Virus record (IMG/VR): IMGVR_UViG_3300020469_000008
Location: 138,055 to 202,054 of that record
DNA: 64,000 nucleotides
Reading direction: 5' to 3' (one strand)
Origin: a virus
Taxonomy: Duplodnaviria; Caudoviricetes
The translations under genes and the position numbers were made by a program. Every line of letters starts with the position of its first letter. Within the stretch, counting starts at the first letter, position 1. Below, one piece after another: positions 8,785-17,241 of this stretch. A model generated the notes under the pieces. It saw only the letters and a list, made by a program, of their open reading frames with translations, was not told the DNA's origin and did no database searches.

Positions 8785-9771
8785 ATGGAAATAAGTAGGC
8801 TACAACTAAGCAATTTAATTTATGAAGCACTAGAAGGTAAAGAAGGTGAATGGTCGTACAACATAGTTTCAATAGGTGATTACAGTGACAAAGAAAATTT
8901 AAAACCTAAGGACATTAAAGACGTCCAGGTTAGAGTTGCTTCTGGTCCTAGTAACGTAGGTTATGAGTTTCCTTTGTCGGAAGTTGAAACTAATGAAGGT
9001 ACAAAAGCATACGAGCAGCACCCGTTAATTTTGCAAGTAATCGAAGCGATTAAGAATAATGAAAATTTAGATAATGTAATAGTAAAAACTGCGAACCCAA
9101 TTGTTGATGCATCAGGTGAAGTTTTCTTAACGGGCGAAGGATTTATGGCAATTTCTCCTAAAAAACTTAGGGAAGCTCATCCAGCAATATCTAATGATTT
9201 GGCAGTTTATGCTTTGAGTAGCTTTAGACAACATCACAAATCAGGTAAAATTAAAAGCAAACATAAGATGATGATTGTGGATTACACAATTCCAGGTAAT
9301 AAAGTTAGACTGTGGTGTTTGCAAGTGAAAAACGGAAAAGTTAAAGCTTCCATCGCAACTCCTGTAGCTCATGGTAAAGGAAACAGAGCAAAAGGAAGCG
9401 ATTCTGTAACTAAATTTAGTAATTCACCCGGTACCAATGCTGCTTCTGTAGGGGCTTTTGTTACTACGAAAACTTATTACTCTAAAGCTGGATCACCTGA
9501 AAAATATCCAGGCGGTCGTCCATACAAAGGAATATCGTTAAGAATAGATGGGCTTGACAAGACAAACAACAACGATCTAGCTCGTGGCATCGTAATACAC
9601 GGTGCATGGTATAGAGAAAAAGGTAAGACAGGCAGGAGTTGGGGTTGTCTAGCGACTTCAGCTGAAACAAATAAAAAAATTATTGACTTTGCAGGAATTG
9701 GTACTTTTGGATATAAATTTGGCGGAAGAACAAACGCTGCAAGCATTAATACTAACTGGTTAAGCGTATAG
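8785..9771 (+). CDS. murein L,D-transpeptidase-family protein (YkuD_2-like) with leader-like N-terminus
   Basis: IVDYT, VAHGKG, FSN.PG..A.S.G, IVIHGA and GRSWGC catalytic motif; ATG 8785 after GAGG; begins MEISRLQLSNLIYEA. Confidence 0.8.
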   Translation: MEISRLQLSNLIYEALEGKEGEWSYNIVSIGDYSDKENLKPKDIKDVQVRVASGPSNVGYEFPLSEVETNEGTKAYEQHPLILQVIEAIKNNENLDNVIVKTANPIVDASGEVFLTGEGFMAISPKKLREAHPAISNDLAVYALSSFRQHHKSGKIKSKHKMMIVDYTIPGNKVRLWCLQVKNGKVKASIATPVAHGKGNRAKGSDSVTKFSNSPGTNAASVGAFVTTKTYYSKAGSPEKYPGGRPYKGISLRIDGLDKTNNNDLARGIVIHGAWYREKGKTGRSWGCLATSAETNKKIIDFAGIGTFGYKFGGRTNAASINTNWLSV

Positions 9772-9779
9772 GTCATCAT

Positions 9780-10349
9780 ATGAGATTAACAAGAAAGAAT
9801 TTAAGAAAATTAATTTTGCGTGAATTTAAGTTGACCGGTCAAGCGTTTGATGATTTAATCGGTAACACAGGCAGCGGTGAACCTCCTCCAACTAAACCAC
9901 CTAAAAGAGGCGGTGGCTCCGGAGAAGGTTGGCCGACTTCGGTTGTTGAGAGGTTGATCAATGCTGAGTATGGTAGTTTAAGCAAGTGGACACAGGATCC
10001 TCGAAATAGTCGTGCTGCTGTTTATGATAATTCACAAATCAAACTTTATGCTAAAGCTGTTGATTCTCAAAATTCACTTGTTTGTACTTTAGTCAGAGGA
10101 AACAAAGTTTTAGATCGATATGTGTTTATTAGAAAATCAGGTGGCGCTAGCGGAATGTTGCCTCGCATGATGGAGATTACAAATAATATATGTGATATGA
10201 CAGGTAGTGAAGCAGAAAGGAAAGCTAGCGAATATAAAGAGTATAACAAGAGTTTGATAGACTTTATGACTCGAAGCGGACCGCCCTACAAGGGTGATGA
10301 TTGTGCACCGCCCGAGGATGATGGAACTGGTTGGATTAGGAGATATTAA
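9780..10349 (+). CDS. leader-tagged hypothetical protein (putative internal virion protein)
   Basis: MRLTRKNLRKLILRE leader plus Gly/Pro linker. Confidence 0.7.
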   Translation: MRLTRKNLRKLILREFKLTGQAFDDLIGNTGSGEPPPTKPPKRGGGSGEGWPTSVVERLINAEYGSLSKWTQDPRNSRAAVYDNSQIKLYAKAVDSQNSLVCTLVRGNKVLDRYVFIRKSGGASGMLPRMMEITNNICDMTGSEAERKASEYKEYNKSLIDFMTRSGPPYKGDDCAPPEDDGTGWIRRY

Positions 10350-10981
10350 TGAAAATAACAAGAAAACAATTGCGTCAACTGATGCTTAGAGAATTTAAAT
10401 TTACCGGCAATAACTTTGTTGATGACCTAGATTTGTTAGGTGGAGGACCTCCTCCTGCAGAGTCTCAAGAACCTAGTGGCGGTGGCGGTGGCGGAAGAAT
10501 TCATCAACTGGTGCGTATTGATTTTGAACCGGGTAATGAGTTTAATCCTAGTTCATATAATAAAGTAGCTATTGATGTTAGCGCCGGTTCGACTTTTTCT
10601 AAGATGCGTGAGATTTATAATTTATTTTCTGATAACACAAAGAACAAGCTTTACCAGATGTTTCCAGGTGGTATCGATCCAGAAGACGGATATGTAGATG
10701 CCGATGGAGACTTTATCTTTGATCAAGATAAAATATGGGATTTTCGAAGCGAGTATTATAATTTGTTAAACACTATGGATGATGCGCTTCCAGAAGGGAG
10801 TGATTACGAGTATTTTACTATTTTTCATCCAAGTTACGCTAGTCATGGTAGAAATTTTGCTGGTGCTAATGAGTTGGAAGCTATAGACTTATATCGAAGG
10901 GTGACGGGTTATACACCTGATGAGGACTTGCTTGGCGAGTATGAGATTATTATGCACAGCGCTAGTTCGTTGTTTGGGTGA
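10349..10981 (+). CDS. leader-tagged hypothetical protein
   Basis: MKITRKQLRQLMLRE leader plus Gly/Pro linker; TAATG coupling. Confidence 0.7.
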   Translation: MKITRKQLRQLMLREFKFTGNNFVDDLDLLGGGPPPAESQEPSGGGGGGRIHQLVRIDFEPGNEFNPSSYNKVAIDVSAGSTFSKMREIYNLFSDNTKNKLYQMFPGGIDPEDGYVDADGDFIFDQDKIWDFRSEYYNLLNTMDDALPEGSDYEYFTIFHPSYASHGRNFAGANELEAIDLYRRVTGYTPDEDLLGEYEIIMHSASSLFG

Positions 10982-10986
10982 AATAA

Positions 10987-11535
10987 ATGAAAATTACAAA
11001 AAAACAATTAAGACAATTAATAAGCGAAGCCGTTTCTCAAAATCATCGACGACAGGAAGCGTTGTATGCTGTAGTATATACGTCTGGTTATCTTGATGCG
11101 TCTGATACAGCGATTGGTAATATCCTTAGAAATTACAAGGAGCTTTCCGGTCGTACTGATAGTTGGGTGCCTCTCGATGAAGCATTCGGCAACTTGAATG
11201 CTGTTATGATTGGTGGCGCTTCTGCGATAAAGAGAGAAAACCCGGGACTCGATCTTACAGAGGAATTAGTTATTCTTCGAGAGGGCCAGGCTGCTGGCCA
11301 GGCAGATTTTCGAGAGAGCCCGTATAAATACATTGAACAAGTAGCTACTCTTGTTAACGTGCAAACGCCAGTAGGTATGAGTGCTGCTGAAGGTTTAGGA
11401 ATCTTTGGGGTTGCAGGAGGAGGTGTTTTACTTAGAGACACTGCCATTGGGGACGTACAACTCTTGCTTAATTTAATGAATAATGATAATATTTTAAGTT
11501 GGTTAGATGAGTTAGAAAGCATGCAGTCCATCTAA
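10987..11535 (+). CDS. leader-tagged hypothetical protein
   Basis: MKITKKQLRQLISEA leader. Confidence 0.7.
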   Translation: MKITKKQLRQLISEAVSQNHRRQEALYAVVYTSGYLDASDTAIGNILRNYKELSGRTDSWVPLDEAFGNLNAVMIGGASAIKRENPGLDLTEELVILREGQAAGQADFRESPYKYIEQVATLVNVQTPVGMSAAEGLGIFGVAGGGVLLRDTAIGDVQLLLNLMNNDNILSWLDELESMQSI

Positions 11536-11551
11536 TACATGAGGTTAAAAA

Positions 11552-11581
11552 ATGAAAATAACAAGAAGACAATTAAGAAAA
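11552..11581 (+). repeat. 30-bp leader repeat ATGAAAATAACAAGAAGACAATTAAGAAAA
   Basis: Identical at 13019; near-identical at 12316, 17238, 15423, 19086, 10349, 10987 and 36579. Confidence 0.85.
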
Positions 11582-12319
11582 CTTATAAACGAAGTCATGG
11601 TAGGCTATCCTGATGAGCGTGCACCATTCGATGCAACTGCTGCATTAAAAAGCGCGAAAAAGAAAATCTCAAAAGAGCCAGCGCTATCAGACATGTTTGA
11701 TGACGATGACGATTACGACCAAAAAAGACAAGCTTATGCCTTAGGATCAATGACTACAGATCTCACAGATGATGAAGAACTTGCTGCAGATATGGCGTCT
11801 GATGTCATTAGGGATACTGTTGACCCGGATGAATACGAAACATCCTACAATTACAACCCTTTTGATGCGGTTCCTGGTTCTGAAGAGCTAGATCCGGATC
11901 AGCGTTTTTTCCATGAGGTAGACGATTATCAACCAATTGAGCAAGCGCTTCAAGGAACTGTCAAAGACATTATACCTGAATTGCAGATATCGAGGTTTGA
12001 AAAAAATAAAAGAGCATCTCAGGACAAGACAACTTATTACACACCGGATAAAAAATTCCAAATTTTAATGTCATTTCGTCCTGCTTACGAAGACATAGAA
12101 GATGGTGTTGATTACAGTACACCACCACAATATACAGTTGAAGTTAGAAAGTATATGCCTAAAGTCCAAAGATATGAGATGTATTCACCTGGTCCTGGTA
12201 GCTTTGACAAGTTTCGTGATGGAACTAAAGCCTTCTTTTCCACTACCTCGACGACTGCTAGATTTGTACAGGTGTTAGATCACCTAAGAAGGTATCTTGA
12301 GGAGTTAAAATCATTATGA
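11552..12319 (+). CDS. leader-tagged hypothetical protein
   Basis: MKITRRQLRKLINE leader; SD GAGG. Confidence 0.7.
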   Translation: MKITRRQLRKLINEVMVGYPDERAPFDATAALKSAKKKISKEPALSDMFDDDDDYDQKRQAYALGSMTTDLTDDEELAADMASDVIRDTVDPDEYETSYNYNPFDAVPGSEELDPDQRFFHEVDDYQPIEQALQGTVKDIIPELQISRFEKNKRASQDKTTYYTPDKKFQILMSFRPAYEDIEDGVDYSTPPQYTVEVRKYMPKVQRYEMYSPGPGSFDKFRDGTKAFFSTTSTTARFVQVLDHLRRYLEELKSL

Positions 12320-12969
12320 AAATAACAAGAAGACAGTTAAGAAAACTCATCAATGAAATGAGAATTGACACTAAAAATCCATTGGACTTTGTACCTGACG
12401 GGCCAATGAAGGACAATGTAATGGATCTAATAAACGATCCGGATAAAGACGTACAGCGCCAGGGGTATGAGCTAGCTTCTTTAATGCAAGAACCAATAGA
12501 GCTTGATGCTGGTGGTGGACAAAAGTACGAAGATATTGGCTACGAAGGCGAAGATTATTTAAAAGACCTCCGCGCGGGACTATTAAATCGTGAGCAAGTG
12601 ATCAGTATTTTAGATAATCTATTCGACAAAAATAAAGACTTTGAAGTACTTTCCTTTCGAGAGGGAGCCGCCCCTTCTGGAAAATTTTCGGGTCAGTACA
12701 GGGAAGTATTAAGTGATGACTTTAGTAATCGTGCTGAACGCATAAACATTAGTGTAGGTAGTCCGGGTAACAAGCCCGATTATGAAACAGGCGAATTTAG
12801 ATCAGGGAAATCATTAACTTGGATAAATATTGAACAAGGACTTTATTATGACTTTGTTGCAGCAATACGTGTTTCAGATCATGACGATGACAGCAAAGGT
12901 CACAAATTAAGAGACGTAATTAGCGCATACATGCTTGCAGTCAATATCGTGAGTAAGCATTTAAAATGA
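12316..12969 (+). CDS. leader-tagged hypothetical protein
   Basis: MKITRRQLRKLINE leader; ATGA overlap. Confidence 0.7.
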   Translation: MKITRRQLRKLINEMRIDTKNPLDFVPDGPMKDNVMDLINDPDKDVQRQGYELASLMQEPIELDAGGGQKYEDIGYEGEDYLKDLRAGLLNREQVISILDNLFDKNKDFEVLSFREGAAPSGKFSGQYREVLSDDFSNRAERINISVGSPGNKPDYETGEFRSGKSLTWINIEQGLYYDFVAAIRVSDHDDDSKGHKLRDVISAYMLAVNIVSKHLK

Positions 12970-13019
12970 AAATAACAAGAATATATAGAAATCCAATGGC
13001 AGCAATTCGGAGTTTTTAA
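12966..13019 (+). pseudogene. 17-codon remnant MKITR-IYRNPMAAIRSF of a leader-family gene
   Basis: Leader start fused to a C-terminus matching IYRNPMSAILNF* of the 15423-15902 protein; coupled by ATGA upstream and TAATG downstream. Confidence 0.7.
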
Positions 13020-13723
13020 TGAAAATAACAAGAAGACAATTAAGAAAATTAATAAGTGAGGCAATCAAACGTGTTCCTGTATTTGAACCTGTGTCGCGTG
13101 AAGAAGTTCGCAGTAAGCTAGCTCAAAAACGCGCACAGAGCCGAAGTGCTGCAGACATCGATCCAGCTATGTTAAGTAAGATTGGCGAGATGGAAGCCTT
13201 GGGAGACGCTGAATCTAACCAGGCGCGGTCCTTTGCGCAAGCACTAGGGTCGATGGCACCGGCAGAAGACGTCACCGATCAACAAGAAGATGAGTATGCT
13301 GATAAGATGCTCACGCAGCATATGGGATATTATCTTGGGCCAGGCGTGAAAAAAACAGAAACGCGACTTCTAAACAAAATGGCAAAAAGATTAAAAAGCT
13401 ATAGGAAGGCTGGAAGCCCTATTGAGGTTTGGATCTCTGAAGGAGTTAACTACCCTAGAACTGCAATAATTCCACGTGAACCTGAAAGAGAAACAGTAGA
13501 TAGTTTATTAAAAGCTTTAAAAAATCAAGTCTATTATATTCATAGTTATGGTTATGGCGATGCCCGAGATTACCTTGAACCCTTTTTTGATAATCAAATA
13601 GATGAATATGAAGAATTCTTGGACCAATTAAAGATTGGTGGTAGTCAACCGCCTGATTACTATGTTTTTGCAGCGTTGGTTTATTTTGTTGGTAAAGATA
13701 AAATCGTTATTAAAAGTATGTGA
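13019..13723 (+). CDS. leader-tagged hypothetical protein
   Basis: MKITRRQLRKLISEA leader. Confidence 0.7.
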   Translation: MKITRRQLRKLISEAIKRVPVFEPVSREEVRSKLAQKRAQSRSAADIDPAMLSKIGEMEALGDAESNQARSFAQALGSMAPAEDVTDQQEDEYADKMLTQHMGYYLGPGVKKTETRLLNKMAKRLKSYRKAGSPIEVWISEGVNYPRTAIIPREPERETVDSLLKALKNQVYYIHSYGYGDARDYLEPFFDNQIDEYEEFLDQLKIGGSQPPDYYVFAALVYFVGKDKIVIKSM

Positions 13724-13770
13724 AACTAAGAATGAAAATAATAACTCTTCTCGATATAATATATAGGTAA

Positions 13771-14107
13771 GGGCCCGTAATGGTTTCGACGGGGTAGAAT
13801 CAAGGGGAGAGTGCAAGTAGGGAAGATACGCCCTTAACAGTTCAAACATAATAGTTGCAAACAATAACAACTTTTACGACGTAGCTTTAGCTGCATAATC
13901 GTGGTGGTCGTCTCAAACCATCTAACCAAGAGAGGCTTTAGCAGTTGGAACTGCCGAGAAATAAAATGACAACAGTCCTCACTCGGTCACGGAGAGGCGA
14001 ACAATACAGTGACTATCCTGTTAATCGGAGAAATGATTAGATAAGCTTGTGAATGACTCAAACTAAGACTATTGCGGACAGGGGTTCGACTCCCCTCGGG
14101 TCCACCA
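13771..14107 (+). ncRNA. ssrA: transfer-messenger RNA (tmRNA)
   Basis: 5' GGGCCCG pairs with 3' CGGGTCC giving G3.U70, then A-CCA; T-arm GGGG-TTCGACT-CCCC; tag ORF 13857-13898 ANNNNFYDVALAA*; TATAAT at 13755. Confidence 0.95.
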
Positions 14108-14121
14108 CTTTAGGATGTATT

Positions 14122-14382
14122 ATGGCAGACAAAAATGATAAATGGGAAGATAACGTAGGTGGGTTTAGAATAATTAACGGTAAGAAAGTTTCTTTCTATG
14201 TTGATCGAGAGTGTATACTTTGTTCAGTGTGTGAAGAGGTTGCACCTAACAATTTTAAAATGAATGACAATGATGATCATGATATATGTTACAAACAACC
14301 AGAAAACGAAGAGGAACTCGAAGAATGTTATGAGGCCTTAGATTCGTGTCCGGTAGAGGCTATTGGCGATGATGACATTTAA
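14122..14382 (+). CDS. single-cluster ferredoxin
   Basis: FYVDRECILCSVC...CPVEAIG; true start 14122 because the longer track ORF overlaps tmRNA. Confidence 0.9.
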   Translation: MADKNDKWEDNVGGFRIINGKKVSFYVDRECILCSVCEEVAPNNFKMNDNDDHDICYKQPENEEELEECYEALDSCPVEAIGDDDI

Positions 14383-14398
14383 TTTTTTCTTCACAGAT

Positions 14399-14442
14399 AA
14401 CTCCTGCTAAATTTGATATATATTTATAGCAGGAGTTTTTTT
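14399..14442 (+). terminator. hairpin + U-tract that also pairs the SD of the next gene
   Basis: AACTCCTGCT (14399-14408) / AGCAGGAGTT (14428-14437) 10-bp stem followed by T-run. Confidence 0.7.
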
Positions 14443-14874
14443 GTGTCTGGAATTGAATTCAAACAAGGTGATCAAGTTATTGTTGATAATTTTCTTGAAC
14501 AAGGTGATAGGTTTAAACTTATAGCAAGTAATGTTTGTCAGGTTCTGGCAGTGGGTAAGTATGATTTAATAGTTAAGTCACATGAATCTTCTTACTATCC
14601 TCGAATATTTACAGTATCTAAGTTGGTGTGCAGAAGAATCTCAAAAAGCAAGTCAAAAGTCCAGGTTGACGTGACACTTCCAAAAATCAACGATTTAGTT
14701 GCAGGAATCACATCTGACTTGGGGAATAAAAATCAAGAAATGCATGTTGGTGTGTTAGAAGAAATTAGACACAACAACACTTCTTCAAAAACTGCAGTAG
14801 TTAGGGAAGGAAATAAACGCACAAACATATCCTTATCTAGTTTAATTGTTTTGGAGCAAAAGAATGAAAAGTAA
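14443..14874 (+). CDS. hypothetical protein (beta-rich, possibly SH3-like)
   Basis: GTG at 14443, 7 nt after AGGAG. Confidence 0.55.
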   Translation: MSGIEFKQGDQVIVDNFLEQGDRFKLIASNVCQVLAVGKYDLIVKSHESSYYPRIFTVSKLVCRRISKSKSKVQVDVTLPKINDLVAGITSDLGNKNQEMHVGVLEEIRHNNTSSKTAVVREGNKRTNISLSSLIVLEQKNEK

Positions 14875-15421
14875 AAAACTTTTATCAGAAGGTTTAAAGT
14901 ACCACGTAGAAAATAATGTACCGCTTAATGAAAGCATTTACAGGCCTGGTTCTAAATCTTTTTTCGCTATGATCAACGAGGCAAGAACTGCATATGAAAA
15001 TGGAGATCTCGCGTTAAACGAAGATGATTTCGATTTAATTAAAACAGATATAGGTCAATTGGCTGAGTACAAAGGAATGGTTGTTGCTTTAGACTTTCCA
15101 ATATTAGAGATGTATACTCTTGACGAAGCAGAGTATCAAGGTAGAAAAGTTAAGCTTAACAAACCAAAAAGAAACAGTGGTAAAGGGGGTGGAAAATACG
15201 TTGTATACGTTAAGAACCCAAAAACCAAAAAGGTTAAGAAGCTGACTTTTGGTTCTCGTGAAATGAGCGTTAAGCTTAAGGACCCTAAGCGCAGAAAATC
15301 TTTTGTTGCACGGCATAAATGCAAAGAGACAAAAGACAAGATGTCAAAAAGATATTGGGCATGTCGCATTGGCAGATATCCCCACCTTTTTGGTGGAAAG
15401 ACTAGGTATACGTGGTGGTAA
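14864..15421 (+). CDS. conserved phage protein (DUF6321-like C-terminal domain)
   Basis: EAEYQGRKVKLNKP...VYVKNPKTKKVKKLTFG...RRKSFVARHKC...YWAC, recognised from memory as a widespread large-phage family. Confidence 0.65.
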   Translation: MKSKKLLSEGLKYHVENNVPLNESIYRPGSKSFFAMINEARTAYENGDLALNEDDFDLIKTDIGQLAEYKGMVVALDFPILEMYTLDEAEYQGRKVKLNKPKRNSGKGGGKYVVYVKNPKTKKVKKLTFGSREMSVKLKDPKRRKSFVARHKCKETKDKMSKRYWACRIGRYPHLFGGKTRYTWW

Positions 15422-15422
15422 C

Positions 15423-15902
15423 ATGAAAATAACAAGAAGACGATTAAGGAAGATGCTATTAAAAGAGTTTAGAGAAGATGGACGCTATGATGACTTTAAC
15501 TTCGGCGCCGGCGTAGGCGGTGGCCAATTACCTCCAGTTAAGCCGCCTAGAAGAGGCGGCGGTGGAGGTGGTGGCGAGGAACCTAGAGACTACCGTGGTA
15601 GAAGTAATGATCCTTGCGGTTTTGGTAATCCGAAGGGTGACTACTATTATGACTTAGTATTTAATTCTTTTGGTGTTTGGCTTGAATCTAATATGAGTGA
15701 AGGAAGTGCTAACGAGTATGATAACTATTTAGATTACTTAAAAAGTATTGATTCTGAATTTACTATGGATTTACTTTCTGATAGATATATGGAGTTTTTT
15801 GAATTGCTTATGACAGCAATTGCTGAGTATGCATGTAAAAATAACATTAGAGATATTGAATCCATATATAGAAACCCGATGTCCGCAATTTTAAATTTTT
15901 AA
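15423..15902 (+). CDS. leader-tagged hypothetical protein
   Basis: MKITRRRLRKMLLKE leader plus Gly/Pro linker; ends IYRNPMSAILNF. Confidence 0.7.
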   Translation: MKITRRRLRKMLLKEFREDGRYDDFNFGAGVGGGQLPPVKPPRRGGGGGGGEEPRDYRGRSNDPCGFGNPKGDYYYDLVFNSFGVWLESNMSEGSANEYDNYLDYLKSIDSEFTMDLLSDRYMEFFELLMTAIAEYACKNNIRDIESIYRNPMSAILNF

Positions 15903-15949
15903 AAATATTTGTAAATTTACAAAAACCATCTTTACTATTTAGGTGTCCC

Positions 15950-16399
15950 ATGAATAATAGAACAAACATAACTGCATCCGGAATTATAGTATTTAGAAAT
16001 AAAAATAATCACCCAGAGATATTAGGATTAGTAGCGCTACCTAAACATAGAAAAAGAAGTAAAGGTAAGTATGACGTACCTAAAGGTAGAATTGATGATG
16101 GTGAAACACCAATCCAAGCTGCATACCGGGAATGTTATGAAGAGTGTGGTTTAGAACCTAAAATTATAAACATAAATGATCCTGTAATACATGGACCATT
16201 ATGTTTATGGCTTGGGGAAGTGAATCCTGATGATGATGTTGAATTAACTGCAAATCCTTATACCGGTGAATATGAGCATGAAGGCTACGAGTGGTTGACA
16301 GTAAAAAACATGAAAAGTAATTGTCTGAATTATCTTAGGCCTTTTATAACAGAAACAGAAAAAGATATATGGGAACATTTTAAAATCTGGAGAAAATGA
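15950..16399 (+). CDS. NUDIX hydrolase
   Basis: Nudix box PKGRIDDGETPIQAAYRECYEECG. Confidence 0.9.
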   Translation: MNNRTNITASGIIVFRNKNNHPEILGLVALPKHRKRSKGKYDVPKGRIDDGETPIQAAYRECYEECGLEPKIININDPVIHGPLCLWLGEVNPDDDVELTANPYTGEYEHEGYEWLTVKNMKSNCLNYLRPFITETEKDIWEHFKIWRK

Positions 16400-17241
16400 T
16401 GCATGTGACAGGTGACACGCCTTTGATACCTATTGGAAACGGTTTAATTTGGGCAAAATTAGAAACGCATAACAGAACCGGTTCAGTTAAAGATAGAATG
16501 ATAAACTACATTATGAATATTGCATTGCAATATAACAATGTTAAACCGGGTGTAACTACCATAGTAGAAGCCACTAGTGGTAATACAGGAATATCATTAG
16601 CGTCATATGCATCATCAATCGACTGTCCCTGTAAGATTATTATGCCACGAAATATGTCTGCACAAAGAAAAGATATGATGCGAGCATTTGGTGCAGAAAT
16701 AATTGAAACTCCCGACAACGATTTCTTAGGTGCTATTGACATAAGGAATAGTATGATCGAAGAAACAGATGTATTTTCACCTATGCAATTCTCGAACCCG
16801 TTAAATATTGACTGTCACTACAATATCACAGCACCTGAAATATATGAACAATGTGTTGATTTGATGTTAGACTGGCGAACTTTTGTTCACGGATCTGGTA
16901 CGGGTGGAACAATGATGGGAGTTAAAAAATATATCGATTTCGCCGGCTTAAATATAAAATGTGTTCTGACTCAACCAAAAGAAGACAATCTTACACACGG
17001 CATACAGGGGATTAACGATGGAGCTGACTTTTTACTGGACCGGTCACTGATGGATGCAACGATATCTGTAAAAACAGAAGATGCTATAAAACGGATGAAA
17101 CAGTTTTGGCAAGAGACGGGAATACTGGTAGGTATTAGTAGTGGTGCTAATATTTTAGCTGCTGAAAATTACTTAAAAACATTCAATCCGTCTGGTATAA
17201 TTATAACAGTGCTGTGCGATCGCGGCGAGAGATATTTATGA
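16396..17241 (+). CDS. cysK: PLP-dependent cysteine synthase (CysK/CysM family)
   Basis: KLETHN.TGSVKDR (PLP Lys), EATSGNTGISLA, GSGTGGT, GISSGAN. Confidence 0.9.
   Translation: MMHVTGDTPLIPIGNGLIWAKLETHNRTGSVKDRMINYIMNIALQYNNVKPGVTTIVEATSGNTGISLASYASSIDCPCKIIMPRNMSAQRKDMMRAFGAEIIETPDNDFLGAIDIRNSMIEETDVFSPMQFSNPLNIDCHYNITAPEIYEQCVDLMLDWRTFVHGSGTGGTMMGVKKYIDFAGLNIKCVLTQPKEDNLTHGIQGINDGADFLLDRSLMDATISVKTEDAIKRMKQFWQETGILVGISSGANILAAENYLKTFNPSGIIITVLCDRGERYL

Noticed and set aside
14053-14121. N-terminal extension of the ferredoxin ORF in the track
   Set aside because: It overlaps the tmRNA 3' end; the SD and ATG at 14122 give a canonical ferredoxin
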